Shown piece by piece: positions 1-8,201 of a stretch of 32,000 nt of DNA (its first letter is position 1; every line of letters starts with the position of its first letter). Origin of the DNA: Candidatus Woesearchaeota archaeon. GTDB taxonomy: Archaea > Nanobdellota > Nanobdellia > Pacearchaeales > GW2011-AR1. The notes beneath the pieces are model-generated. The model worked only from the letters and a program-made list of their open reading frames with translations, had not been told where the DNA came from and made no database searches. The stretch spans positions 84,602 through 116,601 of the forward strand of contig CAZCCD010000002.1 in NCBI GenBank assembly GCA_964497435.1, given 5' to 3'. The translations under genes were made by a program, and so were the position numbers.

Positions 1-381
1 ATGTTCAAAACCTCTTCCAATTTTAGCACTAGCTACGAACTCTAATTCCTGGTCTTTTCCTAACATAGTAATTGGTATTTTTTTATATACTACTTTAGAA
101 CTTCCTTTAATATCTCCACTGTAAACCATTCCTTCTTTATTTACTGATAATTTTAATGTTTCTGATGTTTTTTCACTGGCAGAACCAGAATCAAGAGGTA
201 TTAATCCGAGTCTGTGAGCTATTGTTTCATCATATAAGGGAGAATCATTTTTAGATATCTCTACCTCAACAATCGCAAGAATTGGTATATGATAAACATA
301 TCTTCTTATGGCATTTGCCAGATGATCTTCTATTTCAAGGGAAAATACAATTTGGTTTTGTTTTTTTTCAAGCATTTTCAT
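1..381 (-). CDS. rpoD: DNA-directed RNA polymerase subunit D (Rpo3), N-terminal 127 codons; the 3' end runs off the window
   Basis: My translation of the minus strand from the ATG (complement of 379-381) gives MKMLEKKQNQIVFSLEIEDHLANAIRRYVYHIPILAIVEVEI...DETIAHRLGLIPL. It sits directly downstream of S13-S4-S11, as in the conserved archaeal operon. Confidence 0.8.
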   Translation of the reverse strand, partial: MKMLEKKQNQIVFSLEIEDHLANAIRRYVYHIPILAIVEVEISKNDSPLYDETIAHRLGLIPLDSGSASEKTSETLKLSVNKEGMVYSGDIKGSSKVVYKKIPITMLGKDQELEFVASAKIGRGFEH

Positions 382-447
382 TTTTAAAATCATAAATAAC
401 CTTTTTAAACTCTTCTACCTCTAGAACGTGTCAGCGTTCTTGGCAGA

Positions 448-882
448 TTAAACTCTTCTGCCTCTTCTTCCTCCTTTATTTTTAGGCCCCCCTCTTGGAA
501 TCCTTGTAGTGTCTAATATATTTATTATTTTAAATCCTTCTCTTGAAAGGCTTTTTATTATTGCATGTGCGCCAGGACCTGGCGCAGGACTCCTAGTTTT
601 AGCCCTTATCCTAGCATAAAGAAACCTAACTCCTAACTCTTTTATTTCTTCACTAACTCTTTTTGCTATAAACATAGCTATAGTTGGATTAGCCTTAAGT
701 CTATCATGCTTTGTGATCATTCCTCCAGTGACTTTGGAAAGAGTTTTTCCAGACATATCAGTAACATGGACAAGTGTATTGTTAAATGAGGTGTATATGT
801 TAACTATTGCCTCTCTATTTTTTTCCTTTTTTTTTGGTTCGTCAGCCAAATTTCTTTCTTCTTCTATTATTTCTGTTTCCAT
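448..882 (-). CDS. rps11: 30S ribosomal protein S11 (uS11)
   Basis: ORF-track protein has an uS11-like core (NIYTSFNNTLVHVTD...GGMITKHDRLKANPT...IRAKTRSPAPGPGA) and the expected operon position. Confidence 0.95.
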   Translation of the reverse strand: METEIIEEERNLADEPKKKEKNREAIVNIYTSFNNTLVHVTDMSGKTLSKVTGGMITKHDRLKANPTIAMFIAKRVSEEIKELGVRFLYARIRAKTRSPAPGPGAHAIIKSLSREGFKIINILDTTRIPRGGPKNKGGRRGRRV

Positions 883-884
883 AT

Positions 885-1346
885 TTAAATCATCTCTGTT
901 TTAATTTTTTTCTTTATATGAATTTTATTTTCTAAATTTGCAGGCACGATGTATGAGGGACTATCTACAACTTTTCCATCAACAAGAATTTTTTTATGGA
1001 CTATTAATTGCCTTGCAGCCTTTATAGTTGGCACAAGCCTTTTTTTTGTCACTATTGTCTGAAGCCTTCTTTTGAGATAATCTTTTTTATCTAACGAAAG
1101 AACTTCTGGAAGAGAGTTTATATTAAAACCTATTTTGTTTAGATTTTCAAAAAAATCTTTTTGTTCTTCTTTAGAAGAGATAATTTTTTTTGCCTTGTCT
1201 CTTATTGATTTTGTTTCAGATTCTGCCTTCCATATCTCTTTCTTGTTTTTTAATCCAAATTCTTTTTTTATCTTAGCTTCTTCATCAATCCTAGCCTTTT
1301 CAAACGGTCTTTTTGGTTTTGAATATGTTTTGTGTTTTCTCTTCAT
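885..1346 (-). CDS. rps4: 30S ribosomal protein S4 (uS4)
   Basis: S4 RNA-binding domain signature RLQTIVTKKRLVPTIKAARQLIVHKKILVDGKVVDSPSYIV, between S13 and S11. Confidence 0.9.
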   Translation of the reverse strand: MKRKHKTYSKPKRPFEKARIDEEAKIKKEFGLKNKKEIWKAESETKSIRDKAKKIISSKEEQKDFFENLNKIGFNINSLPEVLSLDKKDYLKRRLQTIVTKKRLVPTIKAARQLIVHKKILVDGKVVDSPSYIVPANLENKIHIKKKIKTEMI

Positions 1347-1429
1347 TTTAAAAACCTACGGTTTTTGATCCCTCAAGCGATTTTCTCTAATTGCCTCCGG
1401 TGAAAATCTGATAAAATTTAATTTACTTT

Positions 1430-1924
1430 TCATTTTAAACCCTCTGTTTTCTTTTTCTTTTTAATCCCAACTCCTTTACTCTTATTCTTTCTGAAATGGC
1501 TCTTTGTTCTCTGCCCTCTTACAGGAAGCCCTGCAGCATGCCTAATTCCCCTGTAACTTTTTATTTTTTTTAATCTTTTAATATCAAAATCTTTTCTTAA
1601 CTCAAGATCACTTCCTATTAGATGCCTATTCACTCCTGTTTCTGGATCTATTTGTCTGTTAAATAAATGACTAGGTACAGAAGGATTTTTCATAAATTCT
1701 GATATTTTTTTTATTTCCTCATCACTTAAAGAACCCATCTTTCTATTTTTATCAATATTAAGTTTTTTACATATGGCATTTGAAATGCTCCACGAAATTC
1801 CGTTGACTTTTGTTAAACCAGAGTAAACACTCATTTTACCCTCTATGTCTTTAGAAAGAATTCTTACTATTCTTTCTTCATGTTTTTTTACTTCAGATTT
1901 TTGTTCATACATTTTTGCTTCCAT
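1430..1924 (-). CDS. rps13: 30S ribosomal protein S13 (uS13)
   Basis: IVRILSKDIEG...SYRGIRHAAGLPVRGQRTKS is typical uS13; first gene of the S13-S4-S11-RpoD block. Confidence 0.95.
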   Translation of the reverse strand: MEAKMYEQKSEVKKHEERIVRILSKDIEGKMSVYSGLTKVNGISWSISNAICKKLNIDKNRKMGSLSDEEIKKISEFMKNPSVPSHLFNRQIDPETGVNRHLIGSDLELRKDFDIKRLKKIKSYRGIRHAAGLPVRGQRTKSHFRKNKSKGVGIKKKKKTEGLK

Positions 1925-1925
1925 A

Positions 1926-2459
1926 TTATTTCAAAAATAAATTATATCTTTCTAAGCTTGTTAGCTCTTTAAAAATCCTTCTTTCAATAGCCTTTTTTGG
2001 ATCAGGAAGATTTTGGATTCTTTTTTTTAAATCTTCGAATGACTCAAATGGCCTTTCTTCTCTAATCTTTATTATTTCTTGCATATGTTTTTTTCCCATT
2101 CCAGGAAGTAATTCTATTTGATGAACTCTTTTATTTATTGCCTGGGCCTTGTTGAAGAAGTCAACATATTCTTTTTCTCTTTCAACAACTACCTTTTCTA
2201 TGAATTCTTGCAACTGGTTTTTTGCACCCTCTGTAAGCTTCTCTCTCTTTAATCTTCCATAGATATAGTATATTTGAGGTCTTTTTCCCTCTCCAATATA
2301 GACCTCTTCTCCTATCTTTAAAGTCACTCCTCTTCTAGGGACTAATTCTAAAAGAGTAAGGTTTTCTTTCCCTACAGCCTGCGCTATAGGGAGCATTTTC
2401 TTTTCTAATGGGTAACCATTTGGTAAAAACTCTAATATTATTGCATATTCTTCTTTCAT
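1926..2459 (-). CDS. DUF655/COG1491-family helix-hairpin-helix nucleic-acid-binding protein
   Basis: N-terminal OB-like segment (ILEFLPNGYP...LLELVPRRGVTLKIGEEVYIG) plus C-terminal HhH (LLPGMGKKHMQEIIKIREERPFESFEDL). Sits in the conserved archaeal L21e-RpoF-DUF655 neighbourhood. Confidence 0.7.
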   Translation of the reverse strand: MKEEYAIILEFLPNGYPLEKKMLPIAQAVGKENLTLLELVPRRGVTLKIGEEVYIGEGKRPQIYYIYGRLKREKLTEGAKNQLQEFIEKVVVEREKEYVDFFNKAQAINKRVHQIELLPGMGKKHMQEIIKIREERPFESFEDLKKRIQNLPDPKKAIERRIFKELTSLERYNLFLK

Positions 2460-2465
2460 TTTCTA

Positions 2466-2771
2466 TCATTTAAACTCCCTTACAAGTCCAAAAATTTTTT
2501 CACTTTCTTCACTATCTAAGCTTATTCCAACAAATATTTTATTTAATTCTTCCTGATTTTCAGGAAGAGCATCTATTATTTTGCTTATACTTCTATCATC
2601 TAATTTCAAGATCCTTAATTCCTCAATCTTTTTCCTTAGTTCCTTTGCATCCTCTATTTTGATATTTGAAAACTTTTTAATAAATCCTTTTATCTCTTTT
2701 CCTTCATCTTTTGAGCTTTTTATATACTCTAAAGATTCTATCATGCTTAAAGCTTTGTTATTTTTTATCAT
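2466..2771 (-). CDS. rpoF: RNA polymerase subunit F (Rpo4/Rpb4-like)
   Basis: About 100 aa and helical, with the pattern ...KKFSNIKIEDAKELRKKIEEL...ISKIIDALPENQEELNKIF...; lies between L21e and DUF655 as in other archaea. Confidence 0.65.
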   Translation of the reverse strand: MIKNNKALSMIESLEYIKSSKDEGKEIKGFIKKFSNIKIEDAKELRKKIEELRILKLDDRSISKIIDALPENQEELNKIFVGISLDSEESEKIFGLVREFK

Positions 2772-2778
2772 CTTAACT

Positions 2779-3030
2779 TTACCCCTTTATCTTTTTTAAA
2801 TGTATAGGCTCTATCAAGAATCTTTTTTCTTGGTTTACATCCTTTAATTTAACTATAATAGAATTTCCTACTTTTCCATTAACAATCCCTGTTTTTCCCC
2901 GAAGCCTTTCTGGAAAATTTGACCTCAAAGAAAGTTCTTTAACAATAGACACCCCGTCTCCTTTATTCAATTCTTGAAAGTACCTACTAAGTTTAAGTTT
3001 TCCTTTCTCTCTAATTTTCTTCATTCTCAT
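2779..3030 (-). CDS. rpl21e: 50S ribosomal protein L21e
   Basis: KLSRYFQELNKGDGVSIV...FPERLRGKTGIVNGKVG is an eL21 SH3-like pattern of the right size. Confidence 0.85.
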   Translation of the reverse strand: MRMKKIREKGKLKLSRYFQELNKGDGVSIVKELSLRSNFPERLRGKTGIVNGKVGNSIIVKLKDVNQEKRFLIEPIHLKKIKG

Positions 3031-3085
3031 AAAATACCGAGAAATAATCCATTTAAAAACCTATCTAAGAACTAACTTCATTCTT

Positions 3086-3262
3086 TTAAAAAGAATTTTT
3101 AGGGTCAGAGAATTTTAAATCTCCTCTTTCATTAGCATCTTCCATATTTTTTAATATAACATTAAACATCCTTTCACCCCAAACCCCTTTACCACACGAG
3201 GCACAAAAATCAATAACACTCTCATCATTAACACCAGCACCACAATAAATACATTTCTTCAT
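3086..3262 (-). CDS. Small zinc-ribbon protein (58 aa), below the ORF-track length cutoff
   Basis: My codon-by-codon translation gives MKKCIYCGAGVNDESVIDFCASCGKGVWGERMFNVILKNMEDANERGDLKFSDPKNSF*. It has CxxC...CxxC and fills an otherwise empty 290-nt gap. Confidence 0.4.
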   Translation of the reverse strand: MKKCIYCGAGVNDESVIDFCASCGKGVWGERMFNVILKNMEDANERGDLKFSDPKNSF

Positions 3263-3372
3263 TTTTCACCAGTTTTATAATTTCGTTAATCTTCAAAACA
3301 AAATTAGTTTATAAAGATTTGTATGAACTCCAACACAACAACATTAAAATATGCTGTTTTTTTATCCAGAAA

Positions 3373-4488
3373 ATGGATGCTGAAGTTACAATAATTGGTG
3401 CAGGAATTATCGGCCTTTCAATAGCAGAAACGCTTTCAAGAAAATACAAATCAATCTATGTTTTAGAAAGAAATCCTAAATTTGGCATGGAAACTAGTTC
3501 AAGAAATAGTGAAGTGATTCATTCAGGCATTTATTATCCAAGAGATTCTTTAAAAGCGAGATTTTGTGTCAGGGGAAACAGACTTTTATATGAATTATGT
3601 GAGAAAAATAAAATTCCATATGCAATGTATGGAAAACTTACTGTTGCAACAACAGAAGAAGAGATATTAGAATTAGAAAGATTAAAAAAACAAGGTGAAG
3701 AAAATGGTGTTAAAGGTTTAGAATTATTATCACAAGAAAAAATACAAAAAATTGAACCAAATGTAAAAGCAATCTCAGCCATCTTTTCACCCTCGACAGG
3801 AATCATTAATCCTGATTTATTGATGAGATATTTTGAGGCTAGCTCCAAAGAAAATGGAGTAGAGCTTGTTTACAGTACTGAAGTAAAATCAATAGAAAAA
3901 ATTTCTGACGGATTTCAAATTGAAATTCAAGATCCTGATAGAGAAACATCAAGTTTTACAACCCAGTATCTAGTAAATTGTGCTGGTTTAGAAGCTGACA
4001 CGATTGCTGAAATGGCTGGTATGGATATTGATAAACATGGATATAGGCAGTATTTTTGCAAGGGAGAGTATTTTTCTGTTTCTGGAGGAAACAGCATTGT
4101 TAAACATTTGATTTATCCTACTCCAAATCCTAATAAAGCTGGTTTAGGAATTCATGCAACTCTTGATTTAGGAGGAAGATTAAAACTAGGGCCTAATGCA
4201 CATTACATAGAGAGAACAAATCCTCCTTATGATTATAGAGTTGATGAGTCGCATAAACAAGAATTTTTTGATTCTGCTCAAAAATATTTATCTGGATTTA
4301 ATCTTTCTCAGTTAGCTCCAGACACAGCCGGCATTAGACCTAAATTACAAGCGCCAGATTTTATTATTAATGAAGAATCTGATAAGGGTTTTCCTGGCCT
4401 GATAAATCATTTAGGAATAGAATCTCCTGGATTATCTTGTTGCCTTACAATTGCAGAGTATGTTGACGGTTTGATTGATAATTTATGA
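3373..4488 (+). CDS. FAD-dependent oxidoreductase, DAO family (L-2-hydroxyglutarate oxidase-like)
   Basis: Rossmann GxGxxG at the N-terminus when started at ATG 3373 (MDAEVTIIGAGIIGLS). SSRNSEVIHSGIYYPRDSLKA resembles LhgO-type enzymes. The ORF-track start at 3319 is a TTG with a non-homologous extension. Confidence 0.8.
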   Translation: MDAEVTIIGAGIIGLSIAETLSRKYKSIYVLERNPKFGMETSSRNSEVIHSGIYYPRDSLKARFCVRGNRLLYELCEKNKIPYAMYGKLTVATTEEEILELERLKKQGEENGVKGLELLSQEKIQKIEPNVKAISAIFSPSTGIINPDLLMRYFEASSKENGVELVYSTEVKSIEKISDGFQIEIQDPDRETSSFTTQYLVNCAGLEADTIAEMAGMDIDKHGYRQYFCKGEYFSVSGGNSIVKHLIYPTPNPNKAGLGIHATLDLGGRLKLGPNAHYIERTNPPYDYRVDESHKQEFFDSAQKYLSGFNLSQLAPDTAGIRPKLQAPDFIINEESDKGFPGLINHLGIESPGLSCCLTIAEYVDGLIDNL

Positions 4489-4531
4489 TTTATTCATACC
4501 TCAGTTCAAATCAGAGATTTTCACTACGCCA

Positions 4532-5740
4532 CTATTCGTAGCGTAACGCATCAACAACATTTGTCTTCGAGGCTTGTCTTGCTGGAAGAACGCCTGAAGC
4601 AGCTCCCACTAAAAATCCAAATATCAAACATCCAACAATTAAGTAAAAAGGAGCAGCTGCCTGCAGAAGATTTGTTCCAAGAGAGGTTACTGCAAGGTAT
4701 TCTATTCCTTTGCTTATACCAAATCCAAGAACAACTCCAATTATTCCCCCAACCAAACCTAAAAGCCCAGACTCAATTAAAAAAATAAGCAATATATCTT
4801 TATTTTTAGCTCCAATTGCCTTCATGACTCCAATTTCTCTTGTCCTTTCAATTACACTAGTATACATTGTATTCGCAATTCCAATTCCTCCGACAAAAAG
4901 AGAAATTGCAGCAACACCCGCCAAGAAAGCTGTGACAATGTTGAGTATGTTTTGAAAACTCTCCAAAAACTCTTCAGGAGTTAAAATAGAAAATTGTTGG
5001 GTGTCTTCTGTTTCTCCTCTTGCTTTCCTAAGTTTTTCTTCGACTCTTTCAGCAATTTCTTTAATATCTTGATTTTCATTAACTTGAACAATTATCCAGT
5101 CAATCCTTTTCGGAATTTCAAATAACTCTCTTGCTTTTTCAATATCCATATAAACAGCTCTGTCATCATCAGGATTGCCTATTTTTTCTAATATTCCTTT
5201 AACTTTGAAATCTTGTCCATTAATTGTTATTCTTTCTCCAACCCTGACTGGCTTTTCAAATAAATTTCCTGTTTTATAGAGAATGCCTATGGTTATTCCA
5301 GAATCTCCCTCTTCTATGAATCTTCCTTCATTTATTTTTAAATTGCCGATTTCAAAAACCAGATTGTTTTCAAGAGAAACTCCCCACACTATCTGATATC
5401 TGGTTATATCATTAAATTCTATTTTTGCATTTCCTGCAATATAATAAGCAACTTGTCTTACTCCTGCAACTTTTTCTATTTCTCTTACATCTTTTTCAGT
5501 TAAAATAATTTTGTCAATGCTGCCAGGAGGACCTAAAAAACCTGTTGCAGGCTGCACAAAAAACTTATCAGTTCCAAGAGTTTCAAATTGTTCTTGAACA
5601 GCGTTTTGCAAGCCAAGTGAAAGAGAAACCAGCATGAATATTGTTGCTATTGAGACAAAAATCCCAATTAGAGTCAGCCATGTTCTTAGTTTTCTCTTTC
5701 TTAGATTTCTGTATGCTAGTTTAAAATAATCTTGAATCAT
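4532..5740 (-). CDS. ABC transporter permease, MacB/FtsX family (paralogue B)
   Basis: N-terminal TM helix, large extracytoplasmic domain and C-terminal FtsX 3-TM module (FVGGIGIANTMYTSVIERTREIGVMKAIGA...VLPARQASKTNVVDALR). Confidence 0.85.
   Translation of the reverse strand: MIQDYFKLAYRNLRKRKLRTWLTLIGIFVSIATIFMLVSLSLGLQNAVQEQFETLGTDKFFVQPATGFLGPPGSIDKIILTEKDVREIEKVAGVRQVAYYIAGNAKIEFNDITRYQIVWGVSLENNLVFEIGNLKINEGRFIEEGDSGITIGILYKTGNLFEKPVRVGERITINGQDFKVKGILEKIGNPDDDRAVYMDIEKARELFEIPKRIDWIIVQVNENQDIKEIAERVEEKLRKARGETEDTQQFSILTPEEFLESFQNILNIVTAFLAGVAAISLFVGGIGIANTMYTSVIERTREIGVMKAIGAKNKDILLIFLIESGLLGLVGGIIGVVLGFGISKGIEYLAVTSLGTNLLQAAAPFYLIVGCLIFGFLVGAASGVLPARQASKTNVVDALRYE
4742..4912 (-). repeat. 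Conserved 171-nt block (57 identical codon positions) shared with 6657-6827
   Basis: Both encode AAISLFVGGIGIANTMYTSVIERTREIGVMKAIGAKNKDILLIFLIESGLLGLVGGI. I counted about 12 nucleotide differences, all silent. Confidence 0.85.
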
Positions 5741-6453
5741 TTTTTACTTCTTATATCTTTATAGAGCTCTTTTAATTCGGGATATCTCTTAACATATTGA
5801 TAAATCTCTTGCCTGACAACTCTTCTTTTTTTAGCTATTTCAACTTGTGTTAGTTCTTGAGAAATTAAATCTTGAATTTCTTTATACAATTGTTTATCTT
5901 GTGGTCTCCCACTATTTAATCCTCTTCCATCAATAAGATTTTCCTTTAATTCAGGATGTCTTTGAATATAACTATAAATGGTACTTGAAGGAACATTTCT
6001 TATCATCGCAATTTCCTGCACTGTTTTTCCCTTTAAGATTAAATCAAGAACTTCATTGTAAATTTTTTCATCTTTCTTTTGGCCATTTTCACTTCTCCCG
6101 TCAACAAGGTTTTCTCTTAACTCAGGGTACTTATTTAAATATTTAGTAACGGTGTAACGACAAACCCCAAGAATGCTGGATATTTCAGAGCAAGTATCTC
6201 CTTCATCTACTAGTCTTTTTATTAAACCATATGATTTAGGGCCGAGTTTCTGCCTCTCTTTTAAATTAACATTTATCTCTAATTCTGGATGTTTTCTAAT
6301 ATACTGATATAATGTGGGATAGGAGGTTGCCAAAATCTGTGCTATTTTATATCTTGTTTTTCCTTCATCCACCAATTTTTTTACCAATCCATAAGTTTCG
6401 GGGTTATTAGAAAATCTTTTCCTAGCTAGTCTAATTCTTCTTCCTCGTTTCAT
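5737..6453 (-). CDS. Four-fold tandem helix-turn-helix repeat protein (IS30/Hin-like HTH modules), putative DNA-binding regulator
   Basis: Four ~58-aa repeats of the form Y-x3-V/I-x2-L-x3-G-x-T-x2-EIA...STIYxYIxRHPELKENLIDGR, with a basic N-terminus MKRGRRIRLARKR. It has 4-nt ATGA-type overlaps with both flanking permease genes. Confidence 0.65.
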   Translation of the reverse strand: MKRGRRIRLARKRFSNNPETYGLVKKLVDEGKTRYKIAQILATSYPTLYQYIRKHPELEINVNLKERQKLGPKSYGLIKRLVDEGDTCSEISSILGVCRYTVTKYLNKYPELRENLVDGRSENGQKKDEKIYNEVLDLILKGKTVQEIAMIRNVPSSTIYSYIQRHPELKENLIDGRGLNSGRPQDKQLYKEIQDLISQELTQVEIAKKRRVVRQEIYQYVKRYPELKELYKDIRSKK

Positions 6454-7667
6454 TTCCTCAACGCATCCACAACATTTAATTTACTCGCTTGAATAGCAGG
6501 AAGAACTCCTGACAAGACTCCCACAAAAAAAGAAAATCCAATTGCAGCAAATATTAATGGATATGAAATTGTTACCTTAAGCAAGTCAGGACCAATTGCA
6601 GAATTTGCAACTTGAGAAGCTCCTAGAGCAGTACCAATACCAATTAAAGCCCCGACAATTCCCCCAACCAAACCTAAAAGCCCAGACTCAATCAAAAAAA
6701 TAAGTAAAATATCTTTGTTCTTAGCTCCAATTGCTTTCATTACACCAATTTCTCTTGTCCTTTCAATTACACTAGTATACATTGTGTTTGCAATTCCAAT
6801 TCCTCCGACAAAAAGAGAGATTGCTGCTATTCCAATTACAATAATGTTTACAACATCAAGAATATCATTGACAGCATCTATTGCTTGAAGAGGGGTTTCG
6901 ACTGTAAATGTTTCCTCTCCAATTTCTTCGTTTCTATCATTTCTTAACTTTCTCTCAATTTCTTCTGCAACATCTTCTATATTATCTTTATCTCTAACTT
7001 GAACAGCGATTAAATCATATTCATTATTGATTCCTTTTAATTCTTCAAGGTCATCATTCATCATTAAGACAACAGAATTTAATGTAAATGTGCTTGTTTT
7101 TTCAAGAAAGCCAATAATTTCAAAATCTTTTCCATCTATCTTAATTGTTTTTCCTAATCTAAATTCTTTTTTGAAATCATCTGTTTCTAAATAATCATTT
7201 CCCAAAACAACTTTTCCTTTATCTCCTCCTTCTAAAAGTCTTCCCTCCTGAGCTTTTATGTTAAAGCTCAGATAAATAAAATCAGAGAGCTCTTTTTCTT
7301 CAGGAATATCTCCGACATATCCGAATCCAGTAACATCATTGTATTCTATGCTTATGATTCTTATTATTCTTGGGATAACTATGTCAATTCCAGAAACACT
7401 TTCTATAATATCTAGGTCATTTTTGTTCAGCTTTTCTACGACTGTTGAACCCGGAGGCCCGAATCCAGTTCCTTTGTTTTGTATTGTGAGCCTGTCAACA
7501 GATAAATCACTAAATTGGCCTGTAATAGCTGTCCTTAAACCCTGCCCCATCGTAATAAGGGCGACAACAGCAGCTATCCCTATAAAAATTCCCAGTATAG
7601 TTAGCCAGCTTCTCAATCCTCTATGTCTTAAGTTTCCGAAAGCAAGAGAGAAGTAGTCGCGGAGCAT
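6450..7667 (-). CDS. ABC transporter permease, MacB/FtsX family (paralogue A)
   Basis: Same architecture as 4532-5740 and shares a 57-aa identical block with it. Confidence 0.85.
   Translation of the reverse strand: MLRDYFSLAFGNLRHRGLRSWLTILGIFIGIAAVVALITMGQGLRTAITGQFSDLSVDRLTIQNKGTGFGPPGSTVVEKLNKNDLDIIESVSGIDIVIPRIIRIISIEYNDVTGFGYVGDIPEEKELSDFIYLSFNIKAQEGRLLEGGDKGKVVLGNDYLETDDFKKEFRLGKTIKIDGKDFEIIGFLEKTSTFTLNSVVLMMNDDLEELKGINNEYDLIAVQVRDKDNIEDVAEEIERKLRNDRNEEIGEETFTVETPLQAIDAVNDILDVVNIIVIGIAAISLFVGGIGIANTMYTSVIERTREIGVMKAIGAKNKDILLIFLIESGLLGLVGGIVGALIGIGTALGASQVANSAIGPDLLKVTISYPLIFAAIGFSFFVGVLSGVLPAIQASKLNVVDALRK
6657..6827 (-). repeat. Partner of the 4742-4912 block
   Basis: See 4742-4912. 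Confidence 0.85.
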
Positions 7668-7730
7668 TTTTAATCAAGATTAAGCGTAGCCTTTGTTTTA
7701 ATTAGTTTGCTAATGAGAATCATGGAGAGT

Positions 7731-8201
7731 TCAGCTCCTTTGTTGTCTCTCAAAATATTTTAAACATTTCATAAAGGCGATATCTCTTAACTTAAGATCC
7801 CAATAAAAAGTAATTGCTCGATTAAAGGGTCCATATTCAGAGAATTTTTTATAATCAACTTCGCCAATCAAAACATGTTCTGGATGTATCCGCATACCGT
7901 AAGCTGATTCGTTAAAATATTTTCCCCTATTTTCAAAAATATCTCTTTCTAAAGGGATTCCGCCTGCAGCTAAAATTAACTTAATACCAATTAAAGATTT
8001 TTTCCCAAAGCTTCTTATGCTAATCATCTCTTCCTCAGAAAGATTTAATATATCCCCAATTGTTGGATAAATATCGTTGCGTGATTTAAAGAATTTCCAT
8101 TTGATGCCTCTTAACCAATTTGACATCCTTAAATCGAAACCGCCTTCGTCAATATATGAAGAAAAGACGTCTTCCAAAAGTTTTGGCCTTTCCATTTTCA
8201 T
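7731..8201 (-). CDS. Hypothetical protein with an RNA polymerase alpha-subunit CTD-like helix-hairpin-helix domain
   Basis: DLRMSNWLRG...IYPTIGDILNLSEEEMISIRSFGKKSLIGIKLILAAGGIPLE follows the bacterial alpha-CTD pattern (L-x-L-SVRSANCL...TIGDL...SEEELL-x-I-x-NFGKKSL-x-EIK-x-L...GL-x-L). Has a 4-nt overlap with the upstream gene. Confidence 0.5.
   Translation of the reverse strand: MKMERPKLLEDVFSSYIDEGGFDLRMSNWLRGIKWKFFKSRNDIYPTIGDILNLSEEEMISIRSFGKKSLIGIKLILAAGGIPLERDIFENRGKYFNESAYGMRIHPEHVLIGEVDYKKFSEYGPFNRAITFYWDLKLRDIAFMKCLKYFERQQRS

Noticed and set aside
423-440. A perfect 6-bp inverted repeat, AGAACG-tgtcag-CGTTCT, in the S11-rpoD spacer; a possible processing or attenuation hairpin.
   Set aside because: It is short and isolated, and I cannot separate it from chance without comparative data. 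Noted but not called.
1347-1429. An unusually long 83-nt S13-S4 spacer with a CTGA (D-box-like) motif and a TGATCC; considered as a possible C/D-box sRNA.
   Set aside because: There is no proper C box (RUGAUGA), no C'/D' pair and no terminal stem. The motif content is at chance level in AT-rich DNA.
713-2799. Plus-strand ORFs antisense to the ribosomal-protein and RNAP genes (713-904, 1135-1368, 1915-2121, 2581-2799). The same applies elsewhere: 3534-3848, 4561-4955, 7339-7656, 8766-9020, 9770-9952, 9918-10124, 10810-11032, 12544-12732, 17814-18083, 19102-19335, 19501-19683, 21248-21858, 22186-22405, 22945-23151, 23658-24098 and 24374-24571.
   Set aside because: They are low-complexity Phe/Leu/Ser/Ile-rich translations of the antisense strand of well-supported genes, with no motifs and no independent signals.
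7670-7683. The palindrome TTAATC-AA-GATTAA, 3 nt upstream of the permease A start codon; a possible operator for the operon's HTH or HhH proteins.
   Set aside because: AT-only 6-mers in inverted orientation are expected by chance in this composition, and I found no second copy.
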